From positions 1-64,000 of IMG/VR virus record IMGVR_UViG_3300032326_002451: DNA of 64,000 bases; one strand, 5' to 3'. This stretch comes from a virus. Under the pieces are notes generated by a model, which made no database searches, was not told where the DNA came from, and saw nothing but the letters and a program-made list of their open reading frames with translations. Made by a program: the position numbers and the translations under genes. Below are positions 19,970 to 31,500 of the stretch, piece by piece; positions within the stretch are counted from its first letter, which is position 1, and each line of letters starts with the position of its first letter.

Positions 19970-20923
19970 ATGGAAGATGAAAGCATTAGTTTTTTGAGAT
20001 ATGTGAAAATAGCTCAAGATTCTGATGCTTTTTTTCATTCATCACAGTTTTGCCCTTTTATTGAAATCCAATTGTCCACAGCTCATACTAATTTGCCATT
20101 AGAGGCAAATTACTACACAGCCGGAACGACAAATGATCCTGAAGATTACAATTTACCAGAAACAAAAAATTCAGTAAATCCTAAAAAATTAATAAGAATT
20201 AATCCATTTTCATCAAATTCAAGTGATGAAATTTCTACATATGAGTTTGGTAGTGATGAAGAAATTATTCAAGAAGAAGTTTATGAACCTTTTGTAAATG
20301 ATGAAGCAAAAAGATTATTAGCATACATAAAAAACAAACCAAAACAAAAATCCAAAATTTCTGGTTCAAGTTTAGTGCTAAGTGAATCAAACTTTAGTGA
20401 ACATATCTTTGAAATAAGACCCAGACTTGAATCAGAAAAAGGAAGTTTTTCTTACGAGGAAAATGATAACGTAACTTACAGCAATGGATCAAAAGAAAAA
20501 TCTGATTCAATAAAGCAAGTCAATAACAAGACGGAAAACATAAATAAAATAAATAATACTCAAGAATTCTATACTGATATCAAAAATCAAAGAATAGAAT
20601 ACAATTCTGGAGATATCAATTACGACTTAAATAATCAAAGTTTTTCAACCAACATTGATATAAGTAATAATTTTAATACCACTAATATAGTAAACGAAAT
20701 AAAGACAGAAATTATAAATGAAGTAAATTCAAGTATAACCAAACTTGAAAATACTTTTATCAATCAATCTGTAACAAGAAATGACATTGTAAAAGTTGAG
20801 AATAACATAGTTAAAGTTATTGAAGAAAAAATGGTCGAGAGAGAATCAAAAATTTTAGAAAAGATTGAAGAAAAAAATAAAAAGGATTTGAAATCTTTTT
20901 CAAGAGATTTTTTAAATAGTTGA
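19970..20923 (+). CDS. Hypothetical Asn/Glu-rich protein
   Basis: 317-aa ORF; RYVKIAQ motif; C-terminal coiled coil; leaderless -10. Confidence 0.65.
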   Translation: MEDESISFLRYVKIAQDSDAFFHSSQFCPFIEIQLSTAHTNLPLEANYYTAGTTNDPEDYNLPETKNSVNPKKLIRINPFSSNSSDEISTYEFGSDEEIIQEEVYEPFVNDEAKRLLAYIKNKPKQKSKISGSSLVLSESNFSEHIFEIRPRLESEKGSFSYEENDNVTYSNGSKEKSDSIKQVNNKTENINKINNTQEFYTDIKNQRIEYNSGDINYDLNNQSFSTNIDISNNFNTTNIVNEIKTEIINEVNSSITKLENTFINQSVTRNDIVKVENNIVKVIEEKMVERESKILEKIEEKNKKDLKSFSRDFLNS

Positions 20924-20924
20924 T

Positions 20925-23900
20925 ATGCCAAAAAACTTACTAAATGATCGAGACATTGAAGAAATTTACGTAAATATACTGCCATCTCAACTTCAATTTC
21001 ATTATATTGATTATCATTACACAACAAGAATAGGAGCAGCATATACAAGACCAGCATACATTCCTGCGGGATTGGCTCCAAGTTATGTTTTACCAAATAC
21101 TATTGAATGCATTGGTCATTGGAATGATGCTGGTTTTAAAAGTATTGTGTTCGTTGTAAAAACTAATCTTACAACCACAGCGTTACTTACACAATATTTA
21201 GGTTACGTTCCATTTAATAATCATACAGTAGCAATGTATGATTACTTCATGACTGTTCAACTCAATACCGGATTTGGAGCTGCAACAAATAGAGTATACA
21301 CAATACCACTCCATAGAGGTTTCTCAGCTCACCAAAGAACAGTTGGAGCAACACAAGTATGGGTAGGTGACTATTTAACCACAGTAGCTGCTCCTGCTCC
21401 AGGGGTCTACGAAAAAGTTATTTCTTTAGGAATAGAATATTCTTATAGACCAGTGAGAACTGATAATATCTATTCAGATACAAAATTTGTAACAGTTGAT
21501 AGCACTCAAGTACCTCCTAAAAAGTATTTAGATATATATGAATCAATCAATCCGCCGGTAAGCTCAAATTTTTCAGTCAATGTCGTAAGCGGTAATGCTA
21601 CTAATACTTTTGGAGTCATAAATAATATACCTTCAATTGCTCAGCTACCTCCAAATTTTGTTCATCAAGGAACATTGGCCTTAAGTAGAACAGCTGGTCG
21701 TTACTCAATAAATTACACTTTTAATGGGCCAGCAACTCAAATAAACAGAGCATCTTATAGCATTGGATTTTTATTTAGATTTACTGGTGAAGATTTTAGA
21801 GCTTACAATGCTGCGTTGGGTGTTTGGAACTATGACACGAGAACATCAGGATGGGATTATTCAAATGGTGGCAGGTCATTAAGAGGAATACTTAATCTTA
21901 ATAATGCTGGATTTGATAATTTCTTGCTTCAAAATAAAAGCACTTTAAGGAGTGCCTTTGTCACTGCAAATACTGCAACAACTATCAGTGTAGCAAGAAC
22001 ATCAGTGTCAGCAACAGATAATAGATCTTTGCCTTTTATAGACTTCAATATAACAGGAAGATTTTCAAGAGGATATGCAGAATTAACTGACGCTACAGGC
22101 TTCGCTGGAATGAACCTAACATTTCCAAAAATTGTTAGAGTTGTTCCACAGTTGAAAATATACGATAAAGATCATGTATTCACTAATGATAATATCTACT
22201 ATGCAATTAGATGTCCTTTAGGTAACGTAAATAATGATCACATTCCATCTTTGTGGAATGCTTCTCAGACTTTATCATTTACAAATTACGATTCGAGGGC
22301 TTTTGTTTCTCAAGCTACAAGATCATTAGCTAATTATCTTGCACCAGGTTCTTCAGTTCAAGTTTTTAATAAAGCTACACAAAATAATTATCTCGGTAGA
22401 CAACTTGTTACAATTGACCTTGATGCTCGTGTAGGTGGTTCAAGAACTGCAGCTCTTTTGAATACAAGAGATTCATCCATTGATGCTCCTGTTTATATGC
22501 GTGGGCAAATGATTCCAGCAATGACATACAATAGGCCAACATCATTAAACCTAAATTCTATATTCAATGTTGTCAATCTAACAAGTGTTCCAACAAATTC
22601 AATGAGTGGAATTTACTTAAATGCTTATAGGTATTTGAGATTTAGTGTAAGAGCAAGTCCTTCACTTGTAGTTTTGACACAGCCTTATAGATTGACTGTA
22701 TGGGAGTCTGCAGGAGATAAAGTTATTGAAAAATACTGGAATGGCACCATAACTTTATCAAGAACTGTAAATACGACTGCTGTTATTGATCTTTTATTTC
22801 CAAATTATCCTGGTTTGGAAATAGATACTCAAGATGACCCTTACCCAAGATCAAGAATTGCTTTAGATCCAAATGAGAGAGTCAACAATGTATATTATGG
22901 ATGCAATAGGGTCATTAGAATTGATTTAAGTTCAAATGGAAATGTTTTCGATCTTACAAATTATTTATGTGAGGCTGTAGTCAACACTACCACAGCAGCA
23001 GATGTTTTAAATTTTGTACCATCATCTGGTAGTGATTTGAATTTGAAACAAATAGAGGTTTCATCAGTTGCAAATAACATAACAACATCTAAATTTGGAA
23101 GACGTTTTCTTTTAATGAGGCATGAAAATAAACCAGAAGAAGAAACAGATATAGTATATACATCTATTGGCGGTCAAACTACAAATATCAACTTGACTGT
23201 CTTGGAGTTTGTAAATAGATTAAATTCTCTTCATGGTTTGAATTGTGTATCTTTGAATAACAATTTGTTAGCAACTTATATGCAAGGAGTTCATTGGAAT
23301 TTTTCATCTACTACAAATATCAACAATACTTCAATTTCAATAAACTCAAATGCTGTTCAAACTATCAACGCATCTGACATTTATCATGGAGTATATTTAG
23401 ATTTCCCTCCATTTATTCAAGATTTTAACAACCATGCAATAGCTGATACATGGCTGAATCAAGTCAATCCGCTTAGGAGATTGGAGTCTTCTACAGTTCA
23501 CATGGAGATAAGAGCTTATTGCAATTTAAGAGGATATGCTTATGGTTCTCAAAGTGACGCATCGAATAGACCCTTAGTTGGAACTGCTAAACTTTTTAGT
23601 GGAGAAGTAACTGTATCCCCAACATTAGGCGGAGCAATAAAATCTTCTACCTCTCCTACTATAAGTAATGGTTTTATTCTTAATGGATTTTATGCGACAG
23701 GTAGACCAAACGTTTATTCACCATATGATTATTTGAATTCACAAAATAACGTGGTTACTTTATTTGCTGCTAACATACAAGTTGGAAATTATAGAACTCC
23801 AGCTAAATTTCTCCCAGCTAAAATAACAAGAGTTTCGCTTGGTTTCGTTCAATCATATATTGTAAATCCATATGTCAGTTTAGCTTCCGGATACAATTAT

Positions 23901-25091
23901 GTGTCAGCAACTGAATTAACTACAAAAAATCAAATAATTGTATGTCTTGGTCAAACATTTAATTCTTTATCTCCTTACATTGCACCAACCACAGTGACAA
24001 ATGCAAGACTGTCTGCAGACGGAACAATAAGAATATTAACAATCAATTCTTATGATAGTCAGGCTTATGACTTGAAACCAACTACTAATGTAACAACAAC
24101 ATACAAATATGGTTTTAATCCTAACCTTATTATTAAGAATAAGTCTTTTGACTTGACAAGTAATTTATTTTCTGAAACTTACTACAACAATAATATTTCT
24201 AACACCATTGCTTTCAATAATCCATCTTTAGTTGATGAAAATAGTTGGTATTACTATGACGATCCTCAGTATATTATGTCAAAAAGTTTTGCTTACACTG
24301 AAAACAATACATACTCAACATCTGAGTTTAGAAATGATTTATTTTGTTTAGGCACACTTAGAAATACTTTATTTTTGCAAAAAACATCTTTTGATAGAAT
24401 TTTACAAATAAACAACACAGCAGCATATAATGCTTTACCATTTGCACCAGAAGAAGTTTATTTATTAGATGGTGCTAACTACACAGGTACAGAATTTACA
24501 GGAATTATTTCTTCTGGAACAAACTCTGGGACAGTAAATAAATCAGGATCACTTGTTCAGGTTGATGATAATACATTAATTGCATTTTATAACCTTTCTG
24601 GTGATTTACTAAATATCTATTATAGATTTGTTGATTATGGAGTTATTTCAAACAGGACTTCAATTGTAAATACAGGATCTGTTTCAACAAATCCACAAAC
24701 AGCTTTGTCTAATGTTTCAGTAATTCATGATCCAGATGCAAAACTCTTAAGACTTGTGTTTATGACATCATTAACTGTTGCTGGTACAAATTACAACAAT
24801 ATAATTTACACTGAAGCTCCTTATATTGACGGGGTCATATCAAACCCATTAAGGTATCACCATGTAGCTGGAAATTATATAAATGGGCAATTTGTAGTAA
24901 ATAATTTCTTCTATACATCAACCAACAACGATAATCAAGTTTTACCTTATCAAAAACCAGGCATAGTTGTTTACAATAATTCTGATCAAAAAGGGCAGAT
25001 TGGAATATTTTATGTAAATAACAGTGGAGCTCTGTGTTCTACAACCATAATTCCATTCGTTTCAACTGATCCAAAAAGTGAGTTTATTTAA
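20925..25091 (+). CDS. Putative virion/tail structural protein (1388 aa)
   Basis: Thr/Asn-rich, beta-type composition; in the structural operon. Confidence 0.55.
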   Translation: MPKNLLNDRDIEEIYVNILPSQLQFHYIDYHYTTRIGAAYTRPAYIPAGLAPSYVLPNTIECIGHWNDAGFKSIVFVVKTNLTTTALLTQYLGYVPFNNHTVAMYDYFMTVQLNTGFGAATNRVYTIPLHRGFSAHQRTVGATQVWVGDYLTTVAAPAPGVYEKVISLGIEYSYRPVRTDNIYSDTKFVTVDSTQVPPKKYLDIYESINPPVSSNFSVNVVSGNATNTFGVINNIPSIAQLPPNFVHQGTLALSRTAGRYSINYTFNGPATQINRASYSIGFLFRFTGEDFRAYNAALGVWNYDTRTSGWDYSNGGRSLRGILNLNNAGFDNFLLQNKSTLRSAFVTANTATTISVARTSVSATDNRSLPFIDFNITGRFSRGYAELTDATGFAGMNLTFPKIVRVVPQLKIYDKDHVFTNDNIYYAIRCPLGNVNNDHIPSLWNASQTLSFTNYDSRAFVSQATRSLANYLAPGSSVQVFNKATQNNYLGRQLVTIDLDARVGGSRTAALLNTRDSSIDAPVYMRGQMIPAMTYNRPTSLNLNSIFNVVNLTSVPTNSMSGIYLNAYRYLRFSVRASPSLVVLTQPYRLTVWESAGDKVIEKYWNGTITLSRTVNTTAVIDLLFPNYPGLEIDTQDDPYPRSRIALDPNERVNNVYYGCNRVIRIDLSSNGNVFDLTNYLCEAVVNTTTAADVLNFVPSSGSDLNLKQIEVSSVANNITTSKFGRRFLLMRHENKPEEETDIVYTSIGGQTTNINLTVLEFVNRLNSLHGLNCVSLNNNLLATYMQGVHWNFSSTTNINNTSISINSNAVQTINASDIYHGVYLDFPPFIQDFNNHAIADTWLNQVNPLRRLESSTVHMEIRAYCNLRGYAYGSQSDASNRPLVGTAKLFSGEVTVSPTLGGAIKSSTSPTISNGFILNGFYATGRPNVYSPYDYLNSQNNVVTLFAANIQVGNYRTPAKFLPAKITRVSLGFVQSYIVNPYVSLASGYNYVSATELTTKNQIIVCLGQTFNSLSPYIAPTTVTNARLSADGTIRILTINSYDSQAYDLKPTTNVTTTYKYGFNPNLIIKNKSFDLTSNLFSETYYNNNISNTIAFNNPSLVDENSWYYYDDPQYIMSKSFAYTENNTYSTSEFRNDLFCLGTLRNTLFLQKTSFDRILQINNTAAYNALPFAPEEVYLLDGANYTGTEFTGIISSGTNSGTVNKSGSLVQVDDNTLIAFYNLSGDLLNIYYRFVDYGVISNRTSIVNTGSVSTNPQTALSNVSVIHDPDAKLLRLVFMTSLTVAGTNYNNIIYTEAPYIDGVISNPLRYHHVAGNYINGQFVVNNFFYTSTNNDNQVLPYQKPGIVVYNNSDQKGQIGIFYVNNSGALCSTTIIPFVSTDPKSEFI

Positions 25092-28000
25092 TGTCCATTT
25101 CTATTCCTGACGACAGAGAACTAAAAATAGATGTCAGTTTATCTGCTATCTATATGCCAGAAGTAGGTCAAGCCAATGGATATTATTCTGTTTTTAATTT
25201 TGCGCCTGATCCACAAAATCTTAGATCCCTGAACTACGATAATAAAAACAATAATCCTAAAATAGTTTTTGATTATGCTGGCAACCTTGGAACACCTCTA
25301 ACTCAATATGCAGATTTCAAATTGGGATCAAGAGTGAAATTTGTACCATCTTTACAAAATGCTCATGTTTTAGAACCAATTACACACCCAACTGCATCAT
25401 CATGTACTTTTGCATTTGGAGGAATAATATCAGATACTGTTCATCCTATTTTTACAATGTTGAAGGGTCCAACAAATGCTGACTATACTCAATTTCCGCA
25501 GTATTCACCAGTAAGAGCTTCAACTGTTTCAAATCTTACAACTTTAAATTTCAATTATGATTTTAGTGACTTAGATAATTTTAAACCCTTAATTCCATTT
25601 ATTAGGGAATATTCTTTTTCATCTGGTGGTAATAACTTTTCTCCAATTCCACCTTATACCAATACTATAAGATTTTCTCACTGGGTCATGTTTAATAATT
25701 TAAATTCAAATGGCCCTTATGCAACATATAATATCTGGAATTTAGTAGATAGCAATGAAGTCCCAAGATCAACATCGGTTAGAGAATACGAAGGACCTGT
25801 AGGATCAACAGTTTCCGGAAAAAGCAATGCATCAATAAAGACAATAAGAGATGGAATAAATGGTGCAAGATTATTTATAGATTCTAAAGGGAAAGGTAAA
25901 TCTTGTGTTGTTAAGAGGATTTTTCCAACATCTAAAGATGTTATTTTCAACAGCCCATTTATATTCTTTCCTTCAAAAATAAGAAATGCTCAACAATCGA
26001 ATATTGGATATCTTGTATTAAATGGTGAAAAGATAACATCAGTATCTGGAGCTAATAATGGATTTCATATTCAATTATCTAATCTGAACGCATCCTCATC
26101 AGATTCAAACATAAGTATTATTTATGAGGACAAAGCTCCAAAAGATAACACTATTTATTCAGTGACTATCAATCTTACTCCTAACTCTTTACCTCAAATA
26201 ATAACCAAATATAAGAAGAATAATGTTGATTTGTACTATCAATATTCTCAAATAAAAGCTCCTTTATTTGATGGTAAAGCTACATTAGGCTATGATATAT
26301 TTTTACACTTTGTTGGTCCTGTGATGCTAATTGGTTTCACAAGTGACCAATCAAATTGGAATGCAATTTATCCTGAAGAAATTCCATCAACTACAGATGT
26401 TTCACCAAATCAACCTATTCAAGATAAAGCAAATATTGAGCATTATTTTGGAAAAGATACATCGTATATTAAAATACTATCTACTAATTCCAGTTATGAA
26501 ATGCGATACTCAGCAATTTTATTCAACAACTATGCTAAGCCATCAACTGTTGTAGATAACAATTATGAGTTAAGAAACTTCATTTCACCTACTATTTTGA
26601 GTAGCTATGTCACTTCTTTTGCTGGTGTAGAATTGCTCAATACTAAAAATCAAATATTAATGACATTTACTGCTCCGCAAGATAAAAAATCTCTTATAGC
26701 TGCCAGTAATATTGAGAATACTTTCCATTTGGCTAAATATTTTGGTGTTAATGGCTTTAGATACAATTCTTTACCAGATAAGACAATATCAGCTATGCCT
26801 GACTGGAGATCATTCATCCCTGCAGATTTAGCTACAAACCCAACTGATTTTGTATTTAAACAAATTGCCACTTCTGTAGATGCTAACCCACCATTTGTCA
26901 CTAAGCAATATTCTCAATCATGGGGTAACTTATTTTTCAATGGAACTATTGAAGGCCCAGCATTTTTAAGTTTAGAATCACCGGCTCAAAATACATTTAA
27001 AACTGTAGATTTTTTATATCCAATTGTCAAAGGGAATCTTACTCCTTGGGTAAACAATATCTCAGTCAGTTGCTCCACAGATTTACAAAATTTTTCATTG
27101 ATCAGGAAAACATCTACTATCTCATTGACCAACTTAGACACAACTCCTGAGGGATTGAGATTGCTGGAACTTATGGAAAAAAATATTTTAGTAGTTACAG
27201 TAAAAGCTGGATATGGAAAAATTGGAGCTGACAGTACTTATTTTCAAGGAGTAATCAATGCAGTAACTACCTCACGCACTGGTAGTAAAAGCAATACCAC
27301 CTTAGAGTGTCAAGATTTAGGAAATTATATTTTAGACAATTTATATTTTGACTACATTGTGCCTTTTGGAAATAGAAGTATCAAGACATGTATCCAAGCT
27401 GTAATTAATTTCTCAGGGTTTTCAAAATATTACACAACACAAAATGAAAATCTTATTGGTGGATTAAATCTTAGAATTGTCAACAACCCAGCAGCTAACC
27501 AAGACGCAATAAGAGCTACAAACTTAGATAAAATTGGTGAAAAATTACAAGTATTTTTGACAAAGTTAATGACTTTAGAACAATTACCAACTTTTAGATG
27601 GCAAGAAGATTCTGGTTTTGTTCTTGATGCAAGATACGCAGATGCTAACATTGATCAAGATTTAAAATTTGTTGGATATGATGTAGACACAAATCAAACA
27701 TACAATCTAAGAACAACAGGTTTAAATAGTAACAATATAAATATTAGTATTCCAGATTGGCATGGATTATTGTCTGGTGATTTCAATGTCTCAACAAGAT
27801 TAAGTCCATTGTCTTATCACATATCTACCTATGGATTTACTTATGAAGGTTTGATTGAACAACATACAGATCAAAAATTTCATGATTTAAAAATGTCTAC
27901 AAATTCATTAAATAGTGTAGTCAACGCAGTAGTAAGTACTGATCCTGTCATACCAGCTTCATATGTAGGTTTTAGAAAAAAAGTTATTGATAGTTTGGAA

Positions 28001-28294
28001 AGAAATGAATTACCTACAAGTGAATTAGTAAAACTCAAACACAAACAAAATGAGTTTATTACTACAATTCCAATTCATGACATTCAATTTAACTGTTACG
28101 TTACAAAACCATTAAAATTTCATGGAGTCTTTAGAATCAATGCAATTGCTGGATCTGACAATACAGTTACAAGTAAATACATCTACCAGTCAGTAAATTA
28201 CACTATTGACAAATCACAAAACTTAATAACTGCATCGGTAACAGGATATTCGCATCCATGGACAGTTAAAGATTTACAAATTGGTGGAGAATAA
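25091..28294 (+). CDS. Putative baseplate hub/tail-tip protein (1067 aa)
   Basis: C-terminal half TSTISLTN...VTVKAGY...YFQGVI...TLECQDL resembles gp27/gp44-type hub proteins. Confidence 0.5.
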   Translation: MSISIPDDRELKIDVSLSAIYMPEVGQANGYYSVFNFAPDPQNLRSLNYDNKNNNPKIVFDYAGNLGTPLTQYADFKLGSRVKFVPSLQNAHVLEPITHPTASSCTFAFGGIISDTVHPIFTMLKGPTNADYTQFPQYSPVRASTVSNLTTLNFNYDFSDLDNFKPLIPFIREYSFSSGGNNFSPIPPYTNTIRFSHWVMFNNLNSNGPYATYNIWNLVDSNEVPRSTSVREYEGPVGSTVSGKSNASIKTIRDGINGARLFIDSKGKGKSCVVKRIFPTSKDVIFNSPFIFFPSKIRNAQQSNIGYLVLNGEKITSVSGANNGFHIQLSNLNASSSDSNISIIYEDKAPKDNTIYSVTINLTPNSLPQIITKYKKNNVDLYYQYSQIKAPLFDGKATLGYDIFLHFVGPVMLIGFTSDQSNWNAIYPEEIPSTTDVSPNQPIQDKANIEHYFGKDTSYIKILSTNSSYEMRYSAILFNNYAKPSTVVDNNYELRNFISPTILSSYVTSFAGVELLNTKNQILMTFTAPQDKKSLIAASNIENTFHLAKYFGVNGFRYNSLPDKTISAMPDWRSFIPADLATNPTDFVFKQIATSVDANPPFVTKQYSQSWGNLFFNGTIEGPAFLSLESPAQNTFKTVDFLYPIVKGNLTPWVNNISVSCSTDLQNFSLIRKTSTISLTNLDTTPEGLRLLELMEKNILVVTVKAGYGKIGADSTYFQGVINAVTTSRTGSKSNTTLECQDLGNYILDNLYFDYIVPFGNRSIKTCIQAVINFSGFSKYYTTQNENLIGGLNLRIVNNPAANQDAIRATNLDKIGEKLQVFLTKLMTLEQLPTFRWQEDSGFVLDARYADANIDQDLKFVGYDVDTNQTYNLRTTGLNSNNINISIPDWHGLLSGDFNVSTRLSPLSYHISTYGFTYEGLIEQHTDQKFHDLKMSTNSLNSVVNAVVSTDPVIPASYVGFRKKVIDSLERNELPTSELVKLKHKQNEFITTIPIHDIQFNCYVTKPLKFHGVFRINAIAGSDNTVTSKYIYQSVNYTIDKSQNLITASVTGYSHPWTVKDLQIGGE

Positions 28295-28299
28295 TTAAA

Positions 28300-28518
28300 A
28301 TGGCATTCAAAAGTCTTTCAGCAGCTATCAATACTCGTGTGGTGCAAGCTCAAAACAATATGATGTCGGCTGTAAAAATAAGTTCTTCCACCATGAACAA
28401 TTTGGGTGCAGTAAGAGCTAACGAACAGATACTTGCAGAAGAAGAAAATGTATTAACTTGGGGAAAGTCAACTTGGGGAGTAGAAAAAGTAACTTCTTAT
28501 AGTAAGCCAATCAATTAG
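28300..28518 (+). CDS. Small putative baseplate-associated protein (72 aa)
   Basis: GGAG SD; C-terminal TWGKSTWG motif. Confidence 0.6.
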   Translation: MAFKSLSAAINTRVVQAQNNMMSAVKISSSTMNNLGAVRANEQILAEEENVLTWGKSTWGVEKVTSYSKPIN

Positions 28519-28523
28519 AATTA

Positions 28524-31500
28524 ATGGGAAACACACCTTTTTATAATTTAGGATATCTTGAGCCGAGCCAAGATTTATCAAAGAACTTAGATCTTGATGA
28601 AAAAAGATTTCGTACTATTGATACACAACTTTATGCTGTCTATCAAATTTTCAGAAATGGTATCATCGAAGATTCTAATAATAATGTATCCTGGCAAGTT
28701 GAGACATATGCTGACTCAAATAAATTTTTAAAGGTTTCTGTTACTTCAGGAAAAGGTCATGTTGCATATAAAGCAGCAGAAACAACAGCTTCCAAAGATG
28801 TAACTTTACCTGTTATTCCTCTTGAAGCTACTGAAGTCAAGATTTGGATTTATGCAGTTGAAAATCTAAATACTCCAATAACAAAAGATGTAGATTTTAT
28901 TGCATCTTTACTCAGAATTGATGATTATGATAACTATGTAAATGTCGGTGGTGTTGTAATTAATGTTTCAGCTAATACCATAAACGTTTTTACAGATGAA
29001 AGACAAATCATCACCCTTTTTAGCTCATTATCTAATTCATTAAGAACTCATAAACATATTGGTGGATCCGTAAACCCAGCTCCAATAAACCTCAAAGAGC
29101 ATGTTATGAACAAGTTGTCTGGTGAATATATAGACGACTTGAATTTAGATAAAGTAACAACCGGAAAGCTTGATGCCTCAAGACTACCTCAAATTGATCA
29201 TAATATTCTTACTAACAAAGGTACTCTTTCCCATACACAAATAGACTCTTTACTTACTCAGTATTTAGAACAAGATAGTACATACAAATTAGCTGACCTA
29301 TCAATTGCAAACAGATTGCAGACTTTGATCGCATTAAAAAAGCAGACTGGTTTTGACTATATAGACAAGACACAGATAAATACTATTGTTTATGTGCCTG
29401 GAATTTGGCCTAATACTGCTGCTAATACATCAACAGGAACAACATCTAACTTTAGCGATAGAAATGTACCAAATGCCTTAATAGGAGCCACTATTTTAGA
29501 TACAGCTCCATGGTCAAGTGGATTAGGTATCAGTGGATCAGTTTCTGATTCTGTTTTTTCAGATGTTAGAACTTATTCAACAAGAAGAGATTTTGAAACA
29601 GCTAAAACATACAATCAAGATCAAAGTATTGGTTTTTTTGAAAACATTACTATAGTTGGTGATAATCTTGATGATTCAGCTGGATACTTTAAGATTTCAA
29701 GTCCATTGAATTTTAGTGCTATAGAACAGCCTGTTACAAATATTTTCAATGAAGCAAGTGGCTGGAATAGAGCTATAAACACTACTTCAAATTATTCTGG
29801 TGGCACAGTTAGTGTAGACACAAGATTATATTCTTACAAGCTTTTCGATAACCCAATACCGATGAATGAAGTAAGTAAAGTAGGTATTGGATTTTCAGTA
29901 GGATTAGGTACTACAGTTTCTAAAATAGGTCAGATTTACATGTATCTGATTTTAGGAACTGGAGATAATGATCCTCAGTTTGCTAATGATATCGCTGTGA
30001 CTTTTGACAGTGGACAATATTATCCAACAACAAGTCCTTCAAAATTATATTTATCATCTACTGATGGATCTGAAATTGGATATAAAATTTTTGATGATTC
30101 TACTGATTCTGCAAGCATAGGTTCAAGTGTTTATAAAATTGTTTCTTTGGAAAATTTATGGCCAGCACAAAATAGAACTTCTGTCAAGGGGTTAGGTTTT
30201 TATTGGTCATCCTTAAAAGGCTGGAATCCTGAAAAATCTATAAACTTTTATCTGAACACTCCAAGTGATGATCAAGTTAATCCATTTCCATACAATTATG
30301 ATTCATTGCAAACTGCAAGAAAATCCTCAGCTACAAACAGCACAGCATCAATGTTCTTATGGAATGACTCTTTATATGCTGGAACTGGTAAATTTTTATT
30401 TAGGTTTGATTCTGGATTAAATAATACAACATTCAATTTGATTCAGTGGTCTACTACCAAACCTAATGGGACGACATATTCCTTAACCACAAGAACTGAT
30501 ATAGATAATACAGTATTTGATGATTTGAATAATGTTGATGACACAACAGATCTTGCATATGGATATCTTGCTTCAACTTCAAGTCAAGGTAGATATTTGG
30601 ATGTATTAGTGACGTTAAATTCTGATTCAACTAAAGCCAACTCTCCAGAATTTGATTTATTGAAAATTTATTATTCTACTGTTGGAACAGGTAATACAAA
30701 AACTTATAATGCAAGGTTTTCAAACTTCTCAACAAAACAGACTGGTTGGGAAACTGAACAATATTATGCAAAAAATATTGGCTTTGGAAGCACTTATGTT
30801 GATAATAATGAATTAAAAAATACAATGAAAATCTCATCTACCAATTCGATTGGTAATTGGATTTTCTTAAGAAATAACTCAGCAATTTCAGCATATACAT
30901 CACAAGCTGAAGTTGTGTATGAAGATGGAATAGATGTTGCAAATTTATCAACTTATCTTTCACCAGTTCAAATTTATAACAAATCTTTAGACAGAGGATT
31001 CAATAGTCCTAAAGATTTTCAAGCATTAGCTGATGGTTCTAATATTTATTGCGATACATTAAATGACAGAGTTGTAATTTTTGATTTAGATGGAAATATT
31101 ACAAGAATAATACAGGGAAATATTAGACTCAAGCAATCAAATAGAGATTTTGTTGTTTTAGGCGCATACTTCAATCCAAATATAAGAAAAATTTGGGTAG
31201 CTTTCTCTCAAAATATTTCTACAACAACACCTTTTGATTCAACTAAAATTTATATTGATTATGATAGTGTTACAGTCAGATTAGATGATACAAGAATTGA
31301 CCAAAACAATACTGGTCTTTTTGACTTAATATCAAATACCTCTTCTACTCTTGAAATTACATTTAAGAATAATGATTTAGGTAATGCTTTAGCTACGGCA
31401 ATCAGCTCAGCAAGAACAAGACGAATTAGATTTGATAAAGGCGCAGTAACAAATGGTGGATTTGAGCAAAATACAGTAGGAGTTGGAACAGCTACAACTT